A program made the position numbers and the translations under genes. From the human T2T-CHM13v2.0 reference genome, Homo sapiens: DNA of 64,000 nt. Below are positions 53,908 through 64,000 of the stretch, one piece after another (position 1 is the stretch's first letter; every line of letters starts with the position of its first letter). Location: the NCBI RefSeq assembly GCF_009914755.1, contig NC_060926.1. One strand, 5' to 3'. The notes under the pieces were generated by a model, which saw only the letters and a program-made list of their open reading frames with translations, searched no databases and was not told the DNA's origin.

Positions 53908-54285
53908 TGTTGCAGTGTGGGTTTCCTGGGAAGCAGATGCCAAGATGGAGTTAAGAGTGCAAAAAGTCAAAGGAAAGGGCAGGAGGCAGATAGGACAGGC
54001 AGGGCACTCAGACCCCAGTGTCGCTGTCTCTGGCGCAGAGGGGGATCTGGAGCAAGGGTCGCCTGTTAGAGTCATTCAGGGTTGGGCAGAAATGTCCAGG
54101 CTCTTCTACTGGCCTTGCTCAGTCAATAGCCAGCAGCTGCCCTGAGAACAGCATTCCTTTGGCCCCAAAGCTGAGGTGGACCCTGACAAAACTGGTGGAG
54201 GCTGTCAGCCAACCACCTGCTCCCAACGGGGCAGGGTCTTTTCCTGAAGGAATATCTGAGCAGTACATTTCTACATCTTCCGTGA
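53908..54285 (-). mobile_element. LTR16-like ERVL solo LTR
   Basis: gggtttcctgggaagcagatgccaagatggagttaagagtgcaa antisense LTR16 3' end. Confidence 0.65.
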
Positions 54286-54289
54286 TGTT

Positions 54290-56443
54290 GGAAACCTATA
54301 GAAGAAAACCTAGAAAACATTCCTGAGAGAACAGAAGAAATTTTGAACAAATAGAAAGACATCCTATGTTCTTTGATAGGGAAACACGACATCACTGAGA
54401 TGTTAGTTCTCCCTAAATTGAGGTATAGATGTAACACAATGCTAATGAAAATATCACCATTTTTTTTCTGGAGCTGAATAAGTTGATTATGAGGTTCATT
54501 TGAAGAAAGAAACAAGCAAGAATAGCCAGGAAATTTCTGAAAAGAAGAGTAGCAAGAAAGAGCTCTACATACCAATTAAACTATTTTTCATTAAAGAAGT
54601 GTGATATTAGTGAATGAATAGATAAGCCAATGGAACCAAATGGAAAAATTAAACTATAGAGCCATATATAGTATAAAATAAAGACAGAATCTCAAGTCAA
54701 TGGGGAGAAGATGGACTTTTTAATAAATGAAATTAGTTAGTATAACTAAATAAACATAGGAAAAAAGATGAAATGAAATTGTATATTTTTCATACCACAC
54801 ACCAGGATAAATATTAAATGGATAAACATAAAAACCTTTATAAGTGCTAGAAGAAAACATGAGTAAACTTCTCCATAATCTAGGAGTGAGAAAAACTTCC
54901 TTAACAATGACTCAAAATCCAGAAACAATAAAGAAAAAGAAGGATAAATTTGACTACATAAAAATTTTAAAAAGATTTTGCATATCAAACAGCACAAGCA
55001 ATGAGAAAAGCAAATACCAATTTGAGAAATATTTTATCCTTTGTCACAGGAAAAAATTTATGAAGAGCTTCTAAAAAATGAGATAAAAATACAAAGCAAA
55101 CCCTGTAGAAAAATAGTGTAAGAATATGAATAGGAAGTTCACAGAAAAATAAAAATGACTTTTAACAGTATGAAAAGATGCTTAACCTTGCTCATAATAA
55201 AAGAAATGCAAATTAAAATTATCTGAGATTCTACTTCTCACCTATCGCATTGACAAAACTCCAAAAATTTGACAACATGCTCTGTTGGTGAGGAGGTAGG
55301 GGCGATGTTGTTTTCATATGTTTGCTGGGGGAATGCAAAATGGTTCAGTCCCTATTATAGAAATATGGTGATATGGAGCAAATTTACATATATGCTTTTT
55401 CCCTTTGACCCAGAAATCCCACCTCTAAAACTCTATCCCCAAAAGACAAAAAGACATTAATGCACATGGCTATTTGTTGCAGCACTGTTTGTTATAGTAA
55501 AAGACTGGAAATGACCCAATGTTGATAAGATGAAACTGGCTTTTTAAATATAGCAAATATACGATGAAGTACTATACAACAATAAAATGGCATAAGGATA
55601 TCTCAATATACTACTTACTGATTTTCAGGATATTTTATTAATAAAAATCAAGATGGAGAAAAATGTGTATGGTATGGTACCATTTATCTAAGAAAGAAGG
55701 GAGATGTGTGTGTTATATTTTTTAAATGAAAGGATAAACAATAAAATACTAAGTATTGTTATTTATAGGAAAAGGGGAAGTATAGGGTGGAGAGAATAGG
55801 TTTAGAAGTTAGATTTCATTGAATATATCTGTCTTATAGATTTGATATAAATAATTTATGTATCTAAAGCAACATTAAACTTTAGAAAGCAATCCCTTAG
55901 AATCAAAAGCAAAGTGAAACAAATGAATCTCACCATGTATCAGGCTGTGGATTATCCTGTAAAGAAGCATCATGCAAAGGACTTTAAGTCACAGTAATTT
56001 AATTTCACCCACCTAGTGAGATATAACCTCCGAACAAAAGGATTTTTCCCATTCTCCCAGAGGGCAAAAAAAAAAAGCTTTATATTGTTTTTTTTGCTAT
56101 TCTTATTGTTGGTCATAGTTTTAGTCGCACTCTGAAGTGATTGTGCATGTTCTGTGGGATAAAGAAACAAGTAATTATGTTAAAGTAAATGAAATGAATT
56201 TTTGGAGTAGAACAAAGAAGTGCAGATGTAAGATAAACAAGCTTAACAAAAACTGTGTAGGTCTACACTTTGCCAGTGCTGGCCAGTGAACAAACCTGAA
56301 AACAATGACTAGTCAAGATAATAGGCACCCCTAACATCTAATTGTGGTCATAAATACCAATTCCCACTAAAATGAGCCAGGGCTCCTTAGAGAAATAACT
56401 AATTCCAAGTCCGGTACAGGAAATGTGAAGGACTGCCTGGAAC
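54290..56443 (+). mobile_element. L1MC4/5-like ORF2 3' part and 3'UTR
   Basis: gttagttctccctaaattg, aaatttgactacataaaaatt, aaagaaatgcaaattaaa, ttcccactaaaatgagccagggctccttagagaaat. Confidence 0.8.
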
Positions 56444-56444
56444 A

Positions 56445-57180
56445 TTACAAGGCATACAAAGAAACGAAAGTATGGCACATTCAAAGGAAAAAAATAGATC
56501 AACAGAAACTGTCTCTGAAAAAGACTTGGTGGCAGATCTACCAGAAAGATGTTAAAATAACTGTCATAAAGATGTTTAAAAAACCAAAGGAAGATGCGGA
56601 GAAAGGCAAGAAACCAATGTATGACCAAAATGGAAATATTAAAAAGGAGGATAGAAAACCTCAAAAGAAACCAAAAGAAATTCTAGAGCTGAAAACTGTA
56701 ATGACTGAAATGAAAATTTCACTAGAGAGAGTCAGAGGCAGATTTGAGCAGGCAGAAGAAGAAATATTGGTGAACTTAAAGATAGGACAATGAAAATTAT
56801 CAAATCTTAGCAAAAAAAAAAAAAAAAACCTGAAGAAAAGTGACCAGAGACTATGGGACCTGTGCAACAGTATTAAGCAGTCCAGCATTAACACTATGGA
56901 AGTCTCAGAAGAGAGAGAGAAATAGGCAGAGAGAATATATGAAGAAATAATGGCTGAACACTTCTCACACAAAGTATAAGGATGTAATTTTGTGACAACA
57001 ATAAATGAAACAGGTGAGAACAGGATTGTAAAGAAGCAGAGTTTGTATATGCTATTGAAGTTAAACTGGTACAAATTCAAAATAAAGTGTTACAAGTTTA
57101 GGATGTTAAATGTGACTCCCATGTTAACCACAAAGAAGCTATAGAACATAACACAAAAAGAAATAAGAAAGAAATTGCAC
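56445..57180 (+). mobile_element. Old L1M ORF1-region fragment
   Basis: EILELKTVMTEMKISLE...RFEQAEE coiled-coil-like ORF1 text in ORF 56425-56793. Confidence 0.8.
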
Positions 57181-58012
57181 TTGTACTTTTATAAAAAATC
57201 AATTTTTCAAATGTGTATAAGTCTATTTCTGGATTCTGTTCTTTTCATTGATCTATTGTTTCACTAATACCGTAATTGTCTTAATAATAACAACTTTATA
57301 TTAAGTCTTAAAATAAGTTCATGCAAGTTTTCCAACTTGGTTCTTTTTCAAAGTTCTTATGATTATCATATTTCCTTTTTCTCTTGATACTATTTTAAAA
57401 TCAGCTTGTTAATATTTATAAAAAGTCCTACTAAAATTTAGATTGTGATTGTGCTGAATCTATAGATCAATTTAGAGAGAAGACCATATAATTAATGTGG
57501 AATCTTCCAATCCACGAACATAGAATATCTATTAATTTATTTAAGACATCCTTGATTTCTTTCATCTCCTCATATAGTTTTCAGCATACTGATCCTAAAC
57601 ATATTTTGTTAGATTAGTACATAAGTATTTCATTTTTGAACCATTATAAATGGTACTGTTTTTTAAATTTCAAATTCCAATTGTTTAGTGCCAGTATAAA
57701 AAAATATTTTTTTGTAAAATGATTTTGGATCCTGTGATGTTAACAAGCTCACTTATTAGTTCTAGGAAATTTTGCATACATTCTATGGAATTGTCTACAA
57801 ACAGTCATGTCATCTATGAATAGAAAATGTTTTATTTCCTTCCTTTATCAATCTGAAAGTCTTTTATTTCTTTATCTTGCCTTGTTGTATTGGCTAGGAT
57901 TTCCAGGACAATGTTAAATATGAATGGTGAAAGCAGATGTCCTTGCCTTGTTCTTAATCCTAGGGAAAAGCATTTAGTCTTTCACCATTAAGTATGATGT
58001 TAAGAAAGTTTT

Positions 58013-59495
<1,483 letters not shown>

Positions 59496-60214
59496 AAAAG
59501 TTTTCTATTCCTACTTAGTTGAGTGTATTTAAGACAACTGGATATTTAGTTTTGTCAAATGCTTTGCCTGCATCTTTTGTGATGGTCATATAGTTTATAT
59601 TTTTTATTCTGTTAATATGATTAATTACATTGATTGACTTTCAAATGTTGAATCACCCTTGCATTCCTGGGATAATTCCCATATAATCATGCTGTATTGT
59701 CCTTTTTATATATTACTGGATTCAATTTGCTAATATTGTGTTGAGGATTTTGTATCTAGGTTAATGAGGGATATTTGTAGTTTTCTTATAGTGTCTTTGT
59801 CTTGTTTGATATCAGAGTAACGCTGGCCTCATAAAATGAGTTGAGAAATATTTCTTCCCCTTCTACTTTCTCTAAGCAATTGTGTCGAATTGGTATTATT
59901 CTGCTTTAAAGAATTTGCCAATGAAACCACCTAGTCCTGGACTTTTCTTTTTTTTTTTTCCAGAAGATTTTAACTATGAATTCAATTTCCTTAAGAAATG
60001 TTGATATTTATAGTATATTCAGGTTATGTATTTTTAATGAATGTTGGTACTTTTTCTTCTTCAAATAATTAGTCAGTTTAGTACAAGTTATCCTGCTTAA
60101 AGGCACAGGGTTGTTCATAGTATGCCCTTATTATGTGAATGTCTGTAGGGTCTTTAGTGATATCCCACACTTGCATTTCTGATTTTAGGAATTCGTGTGT
60201 CCTCTTTTCTTAAA

Positions 60215-60437
60215 AAATCGTTTTTAATTGACAAATAAAAATTGTATACATTTATGGTGTACAGATAATGTTCTGATACCTGTATACATTGTAGAATGAC
60301 TAAAGCAAACTAATTAATGTATTTACTCACATATTTATTTTTTGTGTTAAGAACATTTCAAATCTACTGTCTTAGCAATTTTCAAGTATATAGTACATTG
60401 ATATTAACTAAAGTTATCACGTTGTACAATAGATCTG
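60215..60437 (-). mobile_element. L1MA4-6-like 3' end
   Basis: aattgacaaataaaaattgtata...aaatctactgtcttagcaattttcaagtata...tgtacaatagatct. Confidence 0.85.
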
Positions 60438-61088
60438 TTGGTTCCCTTTTTCATATTGGTCAGTTTGGCCAGAAGTTTATTAATTGTGTTGATATTTTAC
60501 CAAATACCGATTTGGGGCTTCATTGATTATTTTCTATTATTTTTCTATTTTCAGTGGCATTGATTTATGCTGATATCTTTACTAGTTCCTTCCTTCTTCT
60601 TGAATGTAGTCTGTTCTTCTTTTTCCAGTTCCTTAAGATATAAGCTTGGGTTATTGACGTGAGCCATTTTCCTTTTCTAATATAAGCATATAATACTGTA
60701 AATTGCTTTAAACATTGCTTTAACTGCATCTCAGAAATTTAGATATCTTGAATACGTCATTCTTCAAGTTTGGTTTCCCTTCCCAATCTGCCTGCTATTT
60801 TTAACTTTTCAGTATATTTTGTCCGGAGCTTTTAGTTGTAATTGGTGTGAGGGAAAGGCTGTAGTGAGCCTAGTTCAACCTGGCTTACACTAGACATCTA
60901 TACAACCTATTATATTAATTATATCACTTAGTTCTATATCCTTAATTAGTTATTTGGCTACTTGATTTATCATATGCTAAAAAGATGAATTAATATCTTC
61001 TACTATTAATGGGTTTCTTTTTCTCCTTGTATTTTCTGTAATTTTTGCTTCATGAGTGTTGACTCATGAAGCTTTATAATTGGAAGGC

Positions 61089-61480
61089 ATCTTAGTTTGG
61101 GTTTCACAAAAGGTATGCTGTACTCAGTTTATAAGAAATTACCACCAACGGAGTGCCTTAAAACAACAGCCATTTATTTTCCCACAGTTTATATTGGTCA
61201 GAGGTCAAGACATAACCTAGCTTCTCTGCTCAGGATCTCAAAAGGCTGAAGTCAAGGTGTTAGCTGGGGCTACGATCTCAGGAGGTGGGAATCTTGGGGT
61301 CATTTTAGAATTCTGCCACCACGTGGACCCTTAGACAAGAACTTGGGTTGTTTATTTGGAAGGTGATCCCGGGAAACAGGAGTGAGAGAGTGAGAAGTGA
61401 GACAGGGGAGAAGTGAGGAAGGAAGAAGCCATGGTCCACATACATTAGGGTCACTGCTGCAGGTGCTCAGAGGGTAACTG
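61089..61480 (-). mobile_element. LTR33-like LTR with a nested, internally deleted MLT1 (61119-61322)
   Basis: tcttagtttgggtt...gtttatttggaaggtgatcccgggaaaca; nested ttaaaacaacagccatttatt...aggctgaagtcaaggtgttagc...ttttagaattctgcc. Confidence 0.65.
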
Positions 61481-62370
61481 GCATCTCTTATGCTAGAGAA
61501 AGTCAGGGACCACGAATGTATGAGTCTGTATGCGATTGCCTGTGAAGATGGAGGAATTAAATAAGGGGAAGGTGAGCAAAAGGGGTGAGGGGAAGAAAGA
61601 TGAGAAGCCAGGTCGGGTAGGAAAAGAAAAGTACACCGAACTGGGAATCAGGAGCCTGCATTCCAGTCTGGCTCTGCCACAAATTTCCTGGGTCATAGAC
61701 CTTTCTGAACTGCAGTATCCCTGGCTGTAAATACATAAAGTTACATAAACTTCCTCATAAGCACTTTACTAGCAGTAACAATCTATGACTCCAAGACAGA
61801 TGAACGGCGACAGCCCTAACTGGCAATGCCAAGAAATCTCAGAATAAACAAACAGCATATAATTGTACGCTGAGATTCTAGAGATGGCCACACAATGAGA
61901 GTCATGCCTAGGCACTGAGAAATGTGGACAGAGGAAATACCCTGGTATCTTCCACCTGAAGCAGCAGCCACCGCTGTCAGAACCCTCTGGGGAGGCTGTG
62001 ATCACCAAGAACCCAAGGGCTGGAGACGTTCCTTCTGACGGTGCTGAGAAAGTCCAGCTGCGGAGGAAAGGAGAGGGCCAGGCTATTCAGAAAGCTTCCC
62101 AAGGAATCCAAGCCTTCTCTCTCACAGGGAACATAGCAGGACGAGGTCGATCCACTGCCCGTTTCAAAAGACAGAAGGTGGAGCATTAACCAAGAAGATG
62201 CCAGGACCCATCAACTTGCATCAACTGTGATGGTAACAGAAGAAAGAGCAAATTCTGGCTGCAGGTCTGTCACCAAATTGGGAGAAGGCAGAGTCAAAAT
62301 TGTGGTTCCAGCAAGACAGGGCTGCAAAGAAGCTCCTCCAGTTTGGAAGCAGATGCTACAGCCCAGTGAG

Positions 62371-63308
62371 ATGGTGGTTGCGGTGAGAATGCACCTTTTC
62401 TTTTTTTTTCTTTTTATTTTTTTACTATTTTTTTATTATACTTTAAGTTTTAGGGTACATGTGCACAACGTGCAGGTTTGTTACATATGTAAACATGTGC
62501 CATGTTGGTGTGCTGCACCCATTAACTCGTCATTAAACATTAGGTATATCTCCTAATGCTATTCCTCCCTCCTTCCCCCATCCCATAACAGGCTCCCGTG
62601 TGTGATGTTCCCCTTCCTGTGTCCATGTGTTCTCATTGTTCAATTCCCACCTATGAGTGAGAACATGCGGTGTTTGCTTTTTTGTCCTTGTGATAGTTTG
62701 CTGAGAAAGATGGTTTCCAGCTTCATCCATGTCCCTACAAAGGACATGAACTCATCCTTTTTTATGGCTGCATAGTATTCCATGGTGTATATGTGCCACA
62801 TTTTCTTAATCCAGTCTATCATTGTTGGACATTTGGGTTGGTTCCAAGTCTTTGCTATTGTGAATAGTGCCGCAATAAACATATGTGGAGAGCGCACCTT
62901 TTCGATTCGTCTGCAGGGAAGTGATCGCTCAGGCCTTCGCTGACATGCTCTGAAACCCTTCCCTACGCTTGTGCTGAAACAATTCCCATCAGCCACTCCT
63001 AGCCACGACGGAGCATGCCAGGGACACTGAGGCAGGCCCATTCCTGGGAGATGGGTCTCCCCTGACAGGTGACTGTGGCTCCAAGTTTCACCAGGACGAG
63101 GCCGACCTGCCCTGAGAACCTCATGGTGGACTCAGCCCCCTCCTCAGATCCCCCTTCCTCTCCCTGCGCTCCTCTGATGGGCATCGCCATCCCACGGCTC
63201 GCCTCGCCTCTCTGCACCCCACCCCATCTTCCCCCACTTGCATGTCCCCTGATTTTCCGGCTTTACTTTTTTGCTGGTGTCTGCTCCTCAGAGCTCCCAA
63301 GCTCCACA
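62371..63308 (+). mobile_element. LTR16-like 5' LTR interrupted by L1PA4
   Basis: gaggcaggcccattcctgggagat core; ends ggtgtctgctcctcagag...caca. Confidence 0.7.
62401..62887 (-). mobile_element. 5'-truncated L1PA4-like LINE-1
   Basis: ttatactttaagttttagggtacatgtgcacaacgtgcagg; TSD gaga(at/gc)gcaccttttc at 62385-62400 and 62888-62903. Confidence 0.93.
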
Positions 63309-64000
63309 AATGGTTCCAGGGATGGTCCAAGAAAACGGTCGGTCAGAGGAGGATTTGGGACCGGCTTGTCCACTGCCCAGAGGATGACAAGGATGCCATC
63401 CTGGTTAAAGACAGGACACTGATAGTTTCTGGAACCCGGGCCAGCTGAAGCTTCCCCCAGTAGTGACCTTGGAAAACCTCCCAGCAGAGGAGGGTCAACA
63501 AGCAGCTGTGATTCATGGGACAGCCGTCGGGCCTCTGTGGTAGCTCCCGAAGAGGCCCTCGTCTCTCACACGTGGGCTGAGCAGGCGCAGAGCTCCACAG
63601 CCATCTGCGCAGTCGGCCAAGCCAGATCTGCCATGCAAAGGTTGGGGCTCTAAGGAGGGGACCCTGGGACCCTGAAACATGGATGGCTGCCCCCAGGAAT
63701 CCCCTGCAGGTCCCTCTGGCCCCTTTGTGCTTGCAGAGGTGCCCCACCCTTCCCTAATAGGAGCTAGCACTTCTGCCAGGATGGAGGATGCTGCAGGGAC
63801 CACTGCCCCACAAGGCAATGGAGGCCCCTCAGGAGTTGCACCCATGCCATCTCCTGGCTGCTAACTGCTATAGTTAAATCTTAGCATAAATGGTCCTGGG
63901 TTTGTCCTGGCCTGATAAGGAAGGAGGGTATGTACTTACAGGAGGGCAAGAATGAGCCAGCATGACCAGCAGGAAGGGACTGCTCTGACTGGGGTCCCAC
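63309..64000 (+). mobile_element. ERVL-class internal sequence (HERV16/ERV3-16A3-like): PBS and decayed gag start
   Basis: PBS-like tggttccagggatggtcc directly after the LTR CA; IWDRLVHCPEDDKDAIL and aaggttggggctcta...ctgggaccctgaaacatggatgg resemble the ERVL gag KVRAL..WDPETWDG region. Confidence 0.7.

Overview
Primate nuclear DNA, most likely human or great ape, since AluY and an L1PA2-type 3' end are present. The window is intergenic or intronic, and a large part of it is transposable-element debris: Alus, L1 fragments of many ages (including a ~4.8 kb L1PB2-like copy with ORF1/ORF2 remnants), MaLR and ERV LTRs, an LTR16 with ERVL gag start at the right end, MER1A/MER5/MADE1 DNA transposons, MIR/L2 and microsatellites. 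I recognise no protein-coding gene, RNA gene or CRISPR array, and I cannot name the locus. The long ORFs in the track are almost all repeat-derived or chance. The most interesting unique sequence is a CpG-rich block at ~19.2-20.35 kb, with a 186-codon ORF, splice and poly(A) signals on both strands and a TF-motif cluster. There are also two exon-shaped segments (45.7 and 49.7 kb) that could belong to a lncRNA. Several local DNA-repair or retrotransposition scars are visible: a telomere-like insertion, fold-back templated insertions, a twin-primed L1 and short putative 3' transductions. I see no convincing new biological system. Repeat subfamily names come from recalled consensus sequences, and boundaries of ancient elements are approximate; both need RepeatMasker/Dfam confirmation.
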